A stretch of DNA of 64,000 bases from positions 448,001 to 512,000 of the forward strand of contig CAVZQC010000004.1 of the NCBI GenBank assembly GCA_963777315.1. Direction: 5' to 3'. This stretch comes from Vulcanimicrobiota bacterium (lineage in GTDB: Bacteria > Vulcanimicrobiota > Vulcanimicrobiia > Vulcanimicrobiales > Vulcanimicrobiaceae). Below, piece by piece: positions 38,655-49,714 of this stretch (the stretch's first letter is position 1; each line of letters opens with the position of its first letter). Made by a program: the position numbers and the translations under genes. A model generated the notes under the pieces. The model was not told where the DNA came from, made no database searches, and worked only from the letters and a program-made list of their open reading frames with translations.

Positions 38655-39427
38655 ACCGCGCTCGTCCTGCTGTTTTGCGATTGCGCCGGCGCAGGCGGAT
38701 ATCCGAACGCTTCGACGACGGCGCGCTGCGCCGCGAGCAGCTGCACGATGCCGGTATGCGCAAGGCCGAGCAGCGCGTCCAGTTCGCGCCGGCTGAATGG
38801 AGTGGCCTCCGCCGTGCCCTGCAGTTCGGTAAATTTTCCCTCGTCGGTCATAAAGACGTTCATGTCGACTTCCGCGCGGCTGTCTTCGTCGTAGGCAAGA
38901 TCCAGCAAAGCGCCCCCGTTCACGATGCCGACGCTCGTGGCCGCGATTTGGCCGCTCAGCGGCCATTTCCGGGTGTCTTTGGGATCGAACGCGCGCAGCA
39001 GCGCCAGCGCAAGCGCCACCCATGCTCCGGTGACGGCCGCCGTTCGCGTACCGCCGTCCGCCTGCAAAACGTCGCAGTCCAGCCAAACGGTGCGTTCGCC
39101 CAGCCGCGCCATGTCGGTGACCGCGCGCAGCGCGCGTCCGATGATTCGCTGGATCTCGTGGGTCCGGCCGCCCAGGCGCCCCTTGGCTGCCTCCCGCTGC
39201 GTGCGTTCCTGCGTGGCGCGCGGGAGCATCGCGTATTCCGCCGTCACCCAGCCCGTTCCGCGGCCTTTCATCCATGGCGGCACGCGCTCCTCGACCGTGG
39301 CCGCGCACAATACGCGCGTTTGGCCGACCGTGATGAGGCAACTGCCCTCGGCGTACTTGAGATAGTCCGGTTCTATGCCGATCGGCCGCAGCTGGTCGGC
39401 CCGGCGTCCATCGCCCCGCGTCACCAC
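38651..39427 (-). CDS. rph: Ribonuclease PH
   Basis: [40 protein letters not shown]. Confidence 0.96.
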   Translation of the reverse strand: MVTRGDGRRADQLRPIGIEPDYLKYAEGSCLITVGQTRVLCAATVEERVPPWMKGRGTGWVTAEYAMLPRATQERTQREAAKGRLGGRTHEIQRIIGRALRAVTDMARLGERTVWLDCDVLQADGGTRTAAVTGAWVALALALLRAFDPKDTRKWPLSGQIAATSVGIVNGGALLDLAYDEDSRAEVDMNVFMTDEGKFTELQGTAEATPFSRRELDALLGLAHTGIVQLLAAQRAVVEAFGYPPAPAQSQNSRTSAV

Positions 39428-39465
39428 CAGCCGGAGTTAGGGAATCGCCGCAAAACTCCCACCGC

Positions 39466-39825
39466 ATGTCGAATCGGCGAACGAACGCGTTGCGGTTTCA
39501 GGCAGCATATTACATCGCAACCGGCGCCGCACCGCTGCTCAGCCGGCGGGCGTTCGAAGCGGTAACGGGCCCCAAGCGCGACTGGTGGCTAGTGCAGATG
39601 GTCGGAATGCTGGCCGTCGGCAACGGCATCGCTCTTGCGGCGGGAAGCGCAAGCGCGGCTCGCGGACGCGATCCGTCGCGTGAAACGATCGCGCTGTCGC
39701 TGTGTTCGGCGCTCGCCTTTGCAACCATCGACACGGTGTATGCGCTCAAAGGGCGCATCGCGCCGGTGTACTTGGCCGACGCGGCCCTCGAAATGCTCAT
39801 CGCGGCGGCCGTTATTCCACCGTAA
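39466..39825 (+). CDS. Small hypothetical membrane protein
   Basis: Hydrophobic helices; FEAVTGPKRDWWLV and IAPVYLADA look like a conserved uncharacterised family. Confidence 0.65.
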   Translation: MSNRRTNALRFQAAYYIATGAAPLLSRRAFEAVTGPKRDWWLVQMVGMLAVGNGIALAAGSASAARGRDPSRETIALSLCSALAFATIDTVYALKGRIAPVYLADAALEMLIAAAVIPP

Positions 39826-41665
39826 CGGTTTTTGCTAAATTGCGGGGCTGATCGACGTCCTTGCCTTCGATGTCCGCGATGTGATACGCGAGCAGCTGCA
39901 GCGGGATGATGTTGACGATGGGCGAGAGCAGCTCGTCGACCTTGGGCACCCAGAAGACGTGATCCGCGATCGCTTTGGCCTCGTCGTCGCCGTGGTTGGC
40001 GACCACGATAATCGGCGCTTCCCGCGCTTTGGATTCGGCCAGATTGGACAGAATTTTTTCGCGAACGCGTCCGTCGGTCATGACGCCCACGACCGGCACG
40101 TTGGAGTCGAGCAGCGCGATCGGGCCGTGCTTCATTTCGCCGGCGGCGTAACCCTCGGCGTGAATGTAGGAGATTTCCTTGAGTTTGAGCGCGCCTTCCA
40201 GTGCCGTTGGAAAATTGACGTACCGCCCAAGGAATAAAACGGATTTCGCCGAGCGGATGCGCTTGGCGACGGCCTTTATTTCCTCGGACGTATTGAGCGC
40301 AAGATCGATCGCGGCCGGCAGCAACTTGGTGTTGTCGGCGACTTCGCGCAGCCGCTCGAGCGGAGCACTTTGGCGCAGGCGGGCCAGATACAGCGCGAAG
40401 AGCGTCATCGCAGTGACCTGCGACACGTACGTTTTGGTCGCGGCTACGCCGATTTCGGGTCCGCCGCGCGTGAAGAGCGTGCCGTCGGCGACGCGCGTGA
40501 GGTGCGAGCCGAGCACGTTGCAGATGCCCATGACCGTCGAGCCCGCGCGCTTTGCTATCCGGACCGCTTCGATGGTGTCGGCGGTCTCGCCCGACTGCGA
40601 CATCGCAATGGTCAGTGCGGTCGCATCGATGACCGGATCGCCGTAGCGAAACTCGCTCGCGAGCTCCATTTCGACCGGAACGCGAACCAGCGAACGCAGC
40701 AGGTACATGCCCACCATTCCCGCGTGGTACGCCGTTCCGCAGCCCGTTATCGCGATCTTCGAAACGTCGCGCAGCTGCGATTCGGCGATGCCGATCTCGG
40801 CGGCCAGCTGCACGTCGTTGCACTCGTCGATGCGTCCGGCCAGGGTTTCCTTGATGACGTTGGGCTGCTCGTAGATTTCCTTGAGCATGAAGTGCTTGAA
40901 GCCGCTCTTTTCGGCAGAACCTGCGTCCCAAGTCACCTGCATCACGTCGCGCTCGACGGCATTGCCGTCGTAGTCGGTCAATTTCCAGCCGTCGCGCCCG
41001 ACGACGACCATCTCGCCTTCTTGCAGAATGATCTCTTTGCGCGTGTACTGCAGGATCGCCGGGGTGTCCGACGCGACGAACATCTCTCCCTCGCCGATTC
41101 CCAGCACCAGCGGGCTGGCGCCGTTGCGCGCAAAGATCAAATGATCGGGATCGTCCGAACTGATTACGCCCAGCGCATACGCGCCCGTAACGTCGCGCAA
41201 GGTGCGGCGCACGGCCTCCTCGAGCGTTCCGCCCGGCCCCTGCGCCAGAAGATGCGTTTCTATCAAGTGCGCGAGCACTTCGGTGTCGGTTTCGCTCTTG
41301 AAGACGTGACCCGCATCGATCAGGCGCGCGCGCAGCGGCGAATAATTTTCGATGATCCCGTTGTGGACCACCGCTATCTTCGCGCTGCAGTCCATGTGGG
41401 GATGCGCGTTGGCGTCCGAGGGACGTCCGTGGGTTGCCCAGCGCGTATGTCCCACGCCCACGCTGCCCGCGATGCGCCCGCCGTTGCGCAGGCGCTCGGA
41501 GAGCCGCGCGAGCTTGCCTTCGGCTTTGGAACCGGTCAGCGAGCCGCCCGCGTCGATGACCGCGATGCCTGCGCTGTCGTAGCCGCGGTATTCCAGCCGT
41601 CCCAGCGAGTCCAAAATGATGGGAACGCTGTCGCGCTCCCCGATATAGCCTACGATGCCGCACAT
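39812..41665 (-). CDS. glmS: Glutamine-fructose-6-phosphate aminotransferase
   Basis: MCGIVG, LEYRGYDSAG, GHTRWATHG, SQSGETADT, PRNLAKTVTVE. Confidence 0.97.
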   Translation of the reverse strand: MCGIVGYIGERDSVPIILDSLGRLEYRGYDSAGIAVIDAGGSLTGSKAEGKLARLSERLRNGGRIAGSVGVGHTRWATHGRPSDANAHPHMDCSAKIAVVHNGIIENYSPLRARLIDAGHVFKSETDTEVLAHLIETHLLAQGPGGTLEEAVRRTLRDVTGAYALGVISSDDPDHLIFARNGASPLVLGIGEGEMFVASDTPAILQYTRKEIILQEGEMVVVGRDGWKLTDYDGNAVERDVMQVTWDAGSAEKSGFKHFMLKEIYEQPNVIKETLAGRIDECNDVQLAAEIGIAESQLRDVSKIAITGCGTAYHAGMVGMYLLRSLVRVPVEMELASEFRYGDPVIDATALTIAMSQSGETADTIEAVRIAKRAGSTVMGICNVLGSHLTRVADGTLFTRGGPEIGVAATKTYVSQVTAMTLFALYLARLRQSAPLERLREVADNTKLLPAAIDLALNTSEEIKAVAKRIRSAKSVLFLGRYVNFPTALEGALKLKEISYIHAEGYAAGEMKHGPIALLDSNVPVVGVMTDGRVREKILSNLAESKAREAPIIVVANHGDDEAKAIADHVFWVPKVDELLSPIVNIIPLQLLAYHIADIEGKDVDQPRNLAKTVTVE

Positions 41666-41705
41666 ATCGAATCGCTCTCCCAGCCGCCGAAGCGGCGGCC
41701 GCTTG

Positions 41706-41924
41706 CTACTTTATTCCTTCCCTGGTTCGCTGGTAATGAATCTTGCCCGCGGCCACTTCGTTGAAGGCCGTGCTGACGGGCTTGTTCGCGTTCACCCGCT
41801 CGGTAAGCGGGGGCGCTCCGTTGTTGAGTTGCTTGGCCCGCTTGGTGACCACGTTGACCAAGCTGAACTTGGAGTCCACGTGGTCCAGCAGTTGGTCCAG
41901 ATCGCCAAAAACCGAATCGCTCAT
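41706..41924 (-). CDS. rpoZ: RNA polymerase omega subunit
   Basis: SKFSLVNVVTKRAKQL...KPVSTAFNEV; follows gmk. Confidence 0.92.
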   Translation of the reverse strand: MSDSVFGDLDQLLDHVDSKFSLVNVVTKRAKQLNNGAPPLTERVNANKPVSTAFNEVAAGKIHYQRTREGIK

Positions 41925-41925
41925 G

Positions 41926-42555
41926 TTAAGAATGTTCCAATTCATTTATCGAATCGTCGCTGAACCGGTGTATCCGGAACCGCTCCGCCTGTAAAATTGC
42001 CCGCAGATCGCGGACCGCCTCATCCGAACGCGACTCCTCGTTGATCACGATATAGTCGAAGTTGCGCACGTATTTGAACTCCTGGTGCCCGATCTCCAAA
42101 CGCCGGGCGATCTCTTCGTTGGTCTCCGTGCGCCGTGCCAGCAGCCGCGGGCGCAGGTGCGAAAACTTGTCGGGCGCCAAGAAGATGAGCACCGCTTGCG
42201 GAAACGCCCGCTTTATCGCAAGCGCCCCGTTGACCTCGGGTTTCATCACCAGGTCGTAGCCCTGCGTGAGCGTGTTCTCCACGAAATCGCGGGGCGTACC
42301 GTAGAGGTGGTCGTTGTACTCGCGCCATTCCAAAAAGCCGTCGGCATCTCGGCGCTGTTCGAACTGCTCCTTGGTCAGAAAGAAGTAATCTTCTCCCTTG
42401 CGTTCGCCCGGACGCGGCGCCCGAGTCGTCGCGGACACCGAATACCGCAGACGGGGCACACGCGCCAGCAGCGCGTACACCAGCGTGTCTTTGCCGGCCC
42501 CCGACGGCCCGGACACGACGAAGAGCAGACCCGGCCCCAGCATACTCCCACTCAT
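41926..42555 (-). CDS. gmk: Guanylate kinase
   Basis: SGPSGAGKDT, SVSATTRAPRPGE, YGTP. Confidence 0.95.
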   Translation of the reverse strand: MSGSMLGPGLLFVVSGPSGAGKDTLVYALLARVPRLRYSVSATTRAPRPGERKGEDYFFLTKEQFEQRRDADGFLEWREYNDHLYGTPRDFVENTLTQGYDLVMKPEVNGALAIKRAFPQAVLIFLAPDKFSHLRPRLLARRTETNEEIARRLEIGHQEFKYVRNFDYIVINEESRSDEAVRDLRAILQAERFRIHRFSDDSINELEHS

Positions 42556-42739
42556 AACGCGAGAGGGACCCCGGCGGTCCCCCAACGTCAACCTCTAAGT
42601 AGAGCCAGTTATGTTCAGAGCAGGCGGGCGCGGGACCTTTTCGCGCTAGACGGCCCCTGAAAGTGCATGGGGCCGAAGGCCGGGGGGCCCCGTCGGCTTT
42701 GCCGACGGGGGCGTGGAGCGCGCAGCGCGGATACGCCGG

Positions 42740-43333
42740 TTAAGGTTTTTTTGTCGGCGGGCGCCCCATGAATATCGTAGCGCCTTTCGCGCGCGGCACG
42801 ACCGTGCTGGACGGCTGCGGGCGCACGGTGAGCGCGGCCGGAAACTTCTGGGTACCGATGACTGCGGTGCATACCGTGTGCGCCATTGCGTCCAGGGCGT
42901 TGCCGTCGTCCGGGCTTGCCATCGGGCGCCGATACGAAGCAGTCAGCGCCGCGCCGTTCCATTGCGTGAACGCGACTCGCAGCAGCTCTTCGCCCTGGGG
43001 CGTCGGCAACCGGAAGGTTTGGATGCCGGCCTCGCCGGGGCACCCCGGAAACGCATCGGCGCGGATCAATTTCGCGCCCTTGTGCGAGAGCAGCGCGTTG
43101 GTCAGCACCTGAGTCGCCAAATCCTTGAGGGTGCCGGTGGAATTGGCGGTGGAGGTCGTCACATACTGTTGGCGCGGATCTTTCGGATCGACCCACACGG
43201 GTGCAGCGCTGCCGCGGCTGCGCTGCGTCCAACCGTTCGGGTGAGCTTGGTAGTGCGGCCCCGGCTGCCCTCCGCACGCGCTCAAAAGCGCGGCGCATGC
43301 AACCAGGACGCCCGTCGTCGCGTATCCTCGCAT
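42740..43333 (-). CDS. Hypothetical lipoprotein
   Basis: Lipobox LSAC after a hydrophobic stretch. Confidence 0.65.
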   Translation of the reverse strand: MRGYATTGVLVACAALLSACGGQPGPHYQAHPNGWTQRSRGSAAPVWVDPKDPRQQYVTTSTANSTGTLKDLATQVLTNALLSHKGAKLIRADAFPGCPGEAGIQTFRLPTPQGEELLRVAFTQWNGAALTASYRRPMASPDDGNALDAMAHTVCTAVIGTQKFPAALTVRPQPSSTVVPRAKGATIFMGRPPTKKP

Positions 43334-43368
43334 GGTCAGCTCGTACCCAGGCGCGAAAGGCGGTAAAG

Positions 43369-44874
43369 GTGTACACCGATTGGCTGCTCATCCGGCGTCT
43401 GGCGTGGGAGCTGGACGATCGCTGCGCGGGAGCGCGCGTCCGCGACGTGGGCCAACTGCAGGACGGCAGGCTCGCCCTGGAGATTTGGTCGCGCGGGGGC
43501 CGGCAAACGGTGTGCATCGACGTGTTTGCTCCGACTCCGACGATAACGTTGCAGGCGCAGGAGCTGCCCGTCGCAGTCGAACCCGGTTTCGTGCGCGCGG
43601 CGGGCGCCGCATTGCGCGCAAGCACGCTGCTGGCGGTGCGATCGCTCGACCGCGATCGCGTCCTGCGTTTCGATTTCGGGTTGCGCTCTCGGTTCGGCGT
43701 ACCCGACGGCTATGCGTTGATCTGTGAATTGGTTCCGCGGTTCGGCAACGTCGTGCTCGTCAAACACGGCGCTCACGGCGACTCGGCCATCGTCGCGGCG
43801 GCCAAAGAGTTCGAAGCAACCGCAAGCGGCGGCCGGACGATACGCGTCGGCAGTCCGTATCAGGCGCCTCCATCGCGGCCCGGCAACATCAGTCCGCTCC
43901 TGTCCGACGGCGATGCCGCGCGGCTAGCCGGGCAGTCGCCGCAGGGAGAACTGCACGTGTATCGCCGCGACGGCGTGCTGGTGCAAGCGCACTTGACGCA
44001 GCTCCCGCAGTTCGCCGAGTTGGAGCACGAACGAAGTGCGAGCCTGCTGGACGTACTGCAAGAGGCGCGCCGCTCGGACGCGCTTGCCGCGCAAAGCGAT
44101 CGCAGCGCGAAGCGGCGGCGTTCGGTCGAACGAGCGTTAGCCCAGCGCGAGCGCAAAGCACGCGCGGAGCTCGCGCAAACGCAGGCGCGTTTACGCGATG
44201 CTGCCGGTCGCGAGTCGCTGCGCGACGAAGGCCAAGCGATCTACGCGACCTTGCACGAACTGGACGCAACCGCGCAGCGGAACGCCAAGGAGCGCGCCGG
44301 CGAGCTCTTTGCGGCCTATAAGAAAGCGGCTGCGGCCGTCGAGCACTTGGAACGGCGATGCGCTGAATTGACGGGCGCGCTCGAAGAGATCGCCAGTCTG
44401 CGATGGGAGCTCGAACGCGCGCAGGAAGCCGATTTGGACGATGTCGCTCAAGCCGTGGATCCTGCACGCAGCGGCAACGGCGCACGGCGGGTCAAGACGC
44501 GCAAGCGCTCGCCTTTGGTATACCGCACCGGTGCGGGATCGCGCATTTACGTCGGGCGCACGCCGATCGAAAATGTGGACTTGACGTTTCGCTTGGCTCG
44601 CCCGGACGATCTGTGGTTTCACGTGCAGAATCAGCCGGGCGCGCACGTCATTCTGCAGCGTGACGACAAGACGCCGGCGCCGCAGAACGACGTCTTGGCC
44701 GCTGCCGCGCTGGCTGCCGCTCATTCGCAAGCCAAGAGCAGCCCAAAGGTGAGCGTCGACTACACCTTGCGTAAGCACGTGAGAAAGCGCCCTGCGGCCG
44801 CGCCGGGTTTGGTTTTTTACACGCACCCCAAAACGGTTCAGGTCGCGCCGGGATCGCCGCCCGATTCGGGCTAG
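43369..44874 (+). CDS. NFACT/RqcH (FbpA) ribosome quality-control factor
   Basis: DRVLRF...LICELVPRFGNVVL; C-terminal IYVGR...N..LTF...DLWFHV...GAHV, VDYT. Confidence 0.85.
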   Translation: MYTDWLLIRRLAWELDDRCAGARVRDVGQLQDGRLALEIWSRGGRQTVCIDVFAPTPTITLQAQELPVAVEPGFVRAAGAALRASTLLAVRSLDRDRVLRFDFGLRSRFGVPDGYALICELVPRFGNVVLVKHGAHGDSAIVAAAKEFEATASGGRTIRVGSPYQAPPSRPGNISPLLSDGDAARLAGQSPQGELHVYRRDGVLVQAHLTQLPQFAELEHERSASLLDVLQEARRSDALAAQSDRSAKRRRSVERALAQRERKARAELAQTQARLRDAAGRESLRDEGQAIYATLHELDATAQRNAKERAGELFAAYKKAAAAVEHLERRCAELTGALEEIASLRWELERAQEADLDDVAQAVDPARSGNGARRVKTRKRSPLVYRTGAGSRIYVGRTPIENVDLTFRLARPDDLWFHVQNQPGAHVILQRDDKTPAPQNDVLAAAALAAAHSQAKSSPKVSVDYTLRKHVRKRPAAAPGLVFYTHPKTVQVAPGSPPDSG

Positions 44875-44887
44875 ATGGTGCGCGCGC

Positions 44888-45475
44888 TTACGGCAGTCGC
44901 GATTCGCACGCCTGCCAGTTCAGATTGGCATAGAACGCTTCGATATATTTGCCGCGTTCGGACGGCTTATAGTCTTTGATGAACGCGTGCTCCCAGCAGT
45001 CCATCACGACGATGGGAATGAAACCCGCGAGATTTCCGTTTTGGTGCTGCTCGACCCAGTGGTTGCCGATTTGCTGCGCAGCCGGATCGTAGAACGCGAT
45101 CGCCCAGCCCACACCGCGCATGCCGCCCACGGCAAAGAAATCTTTCTTCCACGTTTCGAAATCGCCGTAGCTCGAGCCGAGCATCTGCTGCAGCCGTCCG
45201 GATTTGAGCTCGCCCGCATTCTTCGTGAGATTATCGAAATAGTATTCGTGCAGCCGCATGCCGTTGAACTCCCAGCCCATGCGGCGCACCAGTTCGGCGA
45301 ACCTGGGGTTCGAGCCGGCCGCTTCGCCTTTTTGGCGCGCCTCGGCAGTCAGCTCGATCAGGGTATTCGTGTTTTTGACGTACCCTTCATAGAGGCCGAA
45401 ATGCATCTCGAGCGTTGCGTCGGAAATGCCCTGCAAGCCTGAAAGATCCCACTTTTTGGGCGTATACGTCTTCAT
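44888..45475 (-). CDS. Fe/Mn superoxide dismutase family protein
   Basis: MHFGLYEGYV, LHEYYF, GVGWA, DCWEHAF. Confidence 0.88.
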   Translation of the reverse strand: MKTYTPKKWDLSGLQGISDATLEMHFGLYEGYVKNTNTLIELTAEARQKGEAAGSNPRFAELVRRMGWEFNGMRLHEYYFDNLTKNAGELKSGRLQQMLGSSYGDFETWKKDFFAVGGMRGVGWAIAFYDPAAQQIGNHWVEQHQNGNLAGFIPIVVMDCWEHAFIKDYKPSERGKYIEAFYANLNWQACESRLP

Positions 45476-45602
45476 GAAAAAATCTGCACCTCGCTAAACG
45501 AAAAGGATGTGTGCTCCGGGCCGGCAGCCGCCGCAACTTGGAGGACCGCAGCTTCGTGCGCGGCGCCGACGTCCCTTGCGCCGACGGCAGCAAGCAGGCC
45601 TC

Positions 45603-46560
45603 TCACGTCGTGAGAACTATTTTTCCGATGTGCTCGGACGCGTCCAAGCGCCGGTGTGCCGCGGGCGCTTGTTCCAAAACGTACGTAGAGTCTATCACCG
45701 GGCGGATCGGATCGCGCGCGGGCAGCAGCGGCCACACGCGTTCGCGCAAACGCTGCGCAATTTCCGCCTTCTGCCCGTCGCTTCGCGCGCGCAGCGACGA
45801 ACCCATGATCGCGGCGCGCCGCTGCATGAGTTCGCCCAGGTTCACCTCGGCCGTGCGTCCACGCGGCGTCGCAATGCACACTATGCGGCCGTCGGGAGCC
45901 AGAGCGGCCAGATCGCGGCCGATATAGTCGCCGCCGACCATATCCAGAATGACGTCGACTCCTCGACCCGCGGTGGCCTTCTTCACCTCCGCGGAAAAGT
46001 CGGAAACGCTATAGTCGATGGCCAGGTCTGCGCCCAGTTCCCGGCAAGCACTGCATTTACGCTCGCTTCCGGCCGTTACCGCGATGAAGCTCGCGCCGAA
46101 GGCGCGCGCGAATCCGATCGCCGTCGTGCCGATGCCGCTGCTTCCGCCATGAATGAGAATGCTCTCTGCGGGCTGCAGGCGCGCGCGCGTAAACACGTTG
46201 TCGTATACCGTGAAGGCGTTTTCCGGCAGAGCGGCCGCTTCTGCGTCAGCTCCAATTATCGGGAATCGGCAGTACCTGTCCGCGCGCAGCCACCGCGTAT
46301 TCCGCGTAGCCACCGCCGCGTAAGAGCGCGCAAACGCGCTCGCCCGTCGACTCGACATTGCCGGCGACTTCCAGTCCCGGTACGTCCGAAGCACCCGCAG
46401 GCGGCGGGTACTTTCCTTGACGCTGCATCGAATCGGCGCGCGATACGCCCGCGGCCTTGACGGCGATGAGTATCTCGCCTGCGCCGGGGACGGGTTTTGC
46501 GCGCTGCACGACGCGCAGCACCTCCGGTCCGCCCGGCGCAGAAATTTCGACGACGCGCAT
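45603..46560 (-). CDS. NAD(P)H-quinone oxidoreductase (zeta-crystallin-like), frameshifted at about 46248
   Basis: GGPEVL, RQGKYPPP, GLEVAG in one frame; EAAALPE, HGGSSGIG, HIGKIVL in the next. Confidence 0.88.
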
Positions 46561-47655
46561 CTACGGTTCGACGTACATGGCGTCGCCGAACGAGAAAAAG
46601 CGGTATCGCTGCTGCACCGCCTGCGCGTATGCGTTCAGGATCGTTTCGCGGCCCGCAAACGCGCTTACGAGAACGAGCAGCGTCGAACGCGGCAAATGGA
46701 AATTGGTGAGCAGCGCATCGACCATGCGAAACTGGAATCCCGGCCTAATGAAGAGATCCGTGCGGTCGGAACCGGCTCTAACCGCGCCGTGCCGTGCTGC
46801 CGATCCTTCGAGCGCGCGCACCACCGTCGTCCCGGCTGCGATGACGCGCCTGCCTTGCGCTTTGGCGCGCGCGATCGCTTCGACCGTTTCGTCCGGGATC
46901 GAAAACGTTTCACCGTGCATGACGTGCTCTTCCACGCGCTCGCGCTGCATCGGACGAAACGTTCCCAAACCTACGTCAAGCACCAGTTTGACTATTTCGA
47001 CTCCGCGCGCTCGAACGCCGTCCAAGACGGCCTGCGTGAAATGGAGCGACGCGGTCGGCGCCGCAACGCTTCCGGGTTCGCGCCCGAAGATCGTTTGATA
47101 CCGTTCCTGCGCCTGCGGAGTTGCATTGCGGATGTAGGGCGGCAAAGGCATCGTCCCGGCGCGCGCGAGGAATTCCTCGAACGGCTCGTTCAGTGAAAAC
47201 TCCACTTCGCGCACGCCGTCGGGTTCGACGCGCACGACCGTGGCGAACCCCAGCGAGCCGAACGCGACGCGAACGCCTTCGCCCAGCCGGCGTGCGGGCT
47301 TTGCCAGAACGTGCCAGTGCGTGGCGGCCGGATCGTAGCGCGGACGGTCGGAGGGTCCGAGCAGCAGCATTTCCACACGCGAGCCGTTTTCGCCGGGGAC
47401 GTCCGTTCGGACGAGCCGTCCGAACAAGCGCGCTGCGATGACGCGCGTTTCGTTGAGGACCAGAACGTCGCCGGCGCGCAAGTGCTGCGGCAGCTCGCCG
47501 AACGTGCCGTGTTCGATCGCGCCGCGCCGCAGCACCATGAGTCTGGATGCATCGCGGGGCGTTGCGGGCTGCTGCGCGATCAAGTCCTGGGGAAGATCGA
47601 ACGCGTAGGACGCGGTTAGCCCGGCGTCGGCAATTGCAGCGACTGCGTCAATCAC
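46561..47655 (-). CDS. queA: S-adenosylmethionine:tRNA ribosyltransferase-isomerase
   Basis: DLPQDLIAQ, PLPPYI, AAPTASLHF, TNFHLPRS, YRFFSFGDAM. Confidence 0.96.
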   Translation of the reverse strand: MIDAVAAIADAGLTASYAFDLPQDLIAQQPATPRDASRLMVLRRGAIEHGTFGELPQHLRAGDVLVLNETRVIAARLFGRLVRTDVPGENGSRVEMLLLGPSDRPRYDPAATHWHVLAKPARRLGEGVRVAFGSLGFATVVRVEPDGVREVEFSLNEPFEEFLARAGTMPLPPYIRNATPQAQERYQTIFGREPGSVAAPTASLHFTQAVLDGVRARGVEIVKLVLDVGLGTFRPMQRERVEEHVMHGETFSIPDETVEAIARAKAQGRRVIAAGTTVVRALEGSAARHGAVRAGSDRTDLFIRPGFQFRMVDALLTNFHLPRSTLLVLVSAFAGRETILNAYAQAVQQRYRFFSFGDAMYVEP

Positions 47656-48634
47656 TTCCGATCTGCGTCCCCGGAAAATAGAACGAAAGGATGTCGGCTG
47701 CGCGTGCGCCCGCCGCCGCCATGCCGCGTGCTCCCCACTGGCAGAGCCCAACTCCGTGTCCCAGCCCGGCGCCTTGTACGATCAGTTCCGGCTGGGGCTG
47801 CGCGCTGCGCGCAAACTGCGTGCGGCGAACCAGCAGACTCGGCAGCGTGCGCGCCCCGATCGCGCGCCGCAGGTCGGCGGCTTTGACGCGCCGGGCTCCG
47901 CCACTTCCCTCGAAAGTCCAAAACTGCGCGCGCCCGCTGGGATCGGGTGGATCGGGCGTGACGTCCTGCAGATCGCCCAGCTGCGAAAACTGCTCGGCCA
48001 GCGCGTCGCGCAGTTTCTGCACCGAAATGCTCTGCGTCCATTCATACCACGGAGAATCCTTGCAGAACGTGCACCGGATCCCGCACAGATACGGCAACGG
48101 CGCGCCTCCCCACGCCTGCGAGGACGCTTCCGTGTGACCGCCGCAGCACGAAGAGTAGACGGTTTGAGCGAACCCGCGCGCGAAGCGCAGCACGCGTCCC
48201 GAGGTCGCGTCGACCGCGGCGCTCGTTTCCGCGTGCTCTGCATCCATGCCGGTGTACATCTGGTCCGCTTGCGAGGGCACGAGATCGTAATCATGCGTAG
48301 GCCTGCTATGCTCGAGCACGTACGTTCGCGCGACGATTGCCTGCGTCTGCAACGCAGCCGACGGCCACGAGCGCGGCATTTCGCGCGAAACCACGCTGTA
48401 GAGGTACTGCTCGAGCGGCACGGTGTTTACGACCTGGCCGGTTGCGGTGTACGAGAACGTTCCGCGATAGCTGCGGCCCTGGAATTCGAAGGACTGTGCG
48501 TCGATTCGGCGCGCGGCGCCTGTGCCCAGCAAAACGCGCAGCGACTGCGCGCCGGCGCCCGCGGCCGGATCGGAAACATCGTCCGTTCGAACGGCGAGCG
48601 CAAGGGTCAGCGCTAAAAACTCAGAGCGCAGCAC
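47648..48634 (-). CDS. SpoIID/LytB-domain lytic transglycosylase
   Basis: LEQYLYSVVSREMP, AIVARTY, YSSCCGGHT, GHGVGLCQWGA. Confidence 0.9.
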   Translation of the reverse strand: MLRSEFLALTLALAVRTDDVSDPAAGAGAQSLRVLLGTGAARRIDAQSFEFQGRSYRGTFSYTATGQVVNTVPLEQYLYSVVSREMPRSWPSAALQTQAIVARTYVLEHSRPTHDYDLVPSQADQMYTGMDAEHAETSAAVDATSGRVLRFARGFAQTVYSSCCGGHTEASSQAWGGAPLPYLCGIRCTFCKDSPWYEWTQSISVQKLRDALAEQFSQLGDLQDVTPDPPDPSGRAQFWTFEGSGGARRVKAADLRRAIGARTLPSLLVRRTQFARSAQPQPELIVQGAGLGHGVGLCQWGARGMAAAGARAADILSFYFPGTQIGSD

Positions 48635-48637
48635 GAT

Positions 48638-49714
48638 TCAAATGAGCCGCTCCTGCGCCGGAGCTGCAAAGCCTGCCGCGCCCATGTGAGCGTACGCCTC
48701 GGCGGTTGCTCTGCGGCCGCTGGCGGTGCGCACGACGAATCCGCGCTTGAGCAAGTACGGCTCGACGACGTCTTCGAGCGTTTCGGCATCTTCGGTCAAC
48801 GTCGCCGCGATCGCCGCGATGCCGGCCGGGCCGCCGCGGTACTGCTCGATGATCGTGCGCAAAAATGCGCGATCCAACCGGTCGAGTCCGAGTTCGTCCA
48901 CGCCTTCGCGCCGCAGCGCTTCGTCGGCGACTTCCTTGGTGATGCGGCCTTGCGCGCGCACTTCGGCATAGTCGCGAACGCGCCGCAGCAGGCGATTGGC
49001 GATGCGCGGCGTTCCGCGGCTGCGCGCGGCGATCGTCGACGCGCCGGCGCCGTCTATCGGTACGGAGAGCACGCTCGAAGAACGCAGCACTATGCGCTCG
49101 AGTTCGGGCTGGTCGTAGTAGTCCAGATGATGCATGATGCCGAAGCGTTCGCGCAGCGGCGCCGACAGCATGCCCGCGCGCGTGGTCGCGCCCACGAGCG
49201 TGAACCGTTTGAGCGGTAATTTGATCGTCTTTGCGTATGCGCCCTTGTCGACGATGAAGTCGATCTGATACTCTTCCATCGCCGGATAGAGAAACTCTTC
49301 GACGACCCGTCCGAGGCGATGGATCTCGTCGATGAACAAAACGTCGCCCTCTTCGAGCGACGTCAGAATGCCCACCAAATCCTTGGCCTTTTCGAGCGTC
49401 GGCCCGCTGGTCGGGCGAAGCGACTGGCCCAGCTCTTTGGCGATCAGCGCGGCCAGCGTCGTTTTACCAAGGCCGGGCGGCCCGTAAAACAAAACGTGTT
49501 CGAGCGTTTCGCCGCGCCGTTTCGCCGCGTCCAGCGCGATCTTCAGGTTTTCAACGACGGTCGTCTGCCCGACGTATTCGTCGAACGAACGCGGACGCAG
49601 ACTCGCGCCGTAGATCTCGTCTTCCAGCGTGTCGTCGGCGGACACCAGTCTATCGACCGCGTCGATGCCCGCATCTTGCGGTCCGTACAGCCGCCGGCGC
49701 GCGTCGTCGCTCAC
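48638..49714 (-). CDS. ruvB: Holliday junction helicase RuvB
   Basis: [41 protein letters not shown]. Confidence 0.97.
   Translation of the reverse strand: MSDDARRRLYGPQDAGIDAVDRLVSADDTLEDEIYGASLRPRSFDEYVGQTTVVENLKIALDAAKRRGETLEHVLFYGPPGLGKTTLAALIAKELGQSLRPTSGPTLEKAKDLVGILTSLEEGDVLFIDEIHRLGRVVEEFLYPAMEEYQIDFIVDKGAYAKTIKLPLKRFTLVGATTRAGMLSAPLRERFGIMHHLDYYDQPELERIVLRSSSVLSVPIDGAGASTIAARSRGTPRIANRLLRRVRDYAEVRAQGRITKEVADEALRREGVDELGLDRLDRAFLRTIIEQYRGGPAGIAAIAATLTEDAETLEDVVEPYLLKRGFVVRTASGRRATAEAYAHMGAAGFAAPAQERLI

Noticed and set aside
41666..41705. glmS ribozyme upstream of glmS
   Set aside because: Only 40 bp separate rpoZ and glmS; just a short GC hairpin
47648..48634. SpoIID as evidence of sporulation
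   Set aside because: SpoIID/LytB domains are widespread in non-sporulating bacteria, and the ruvB-spoIID-queA order is not sporulation-specific
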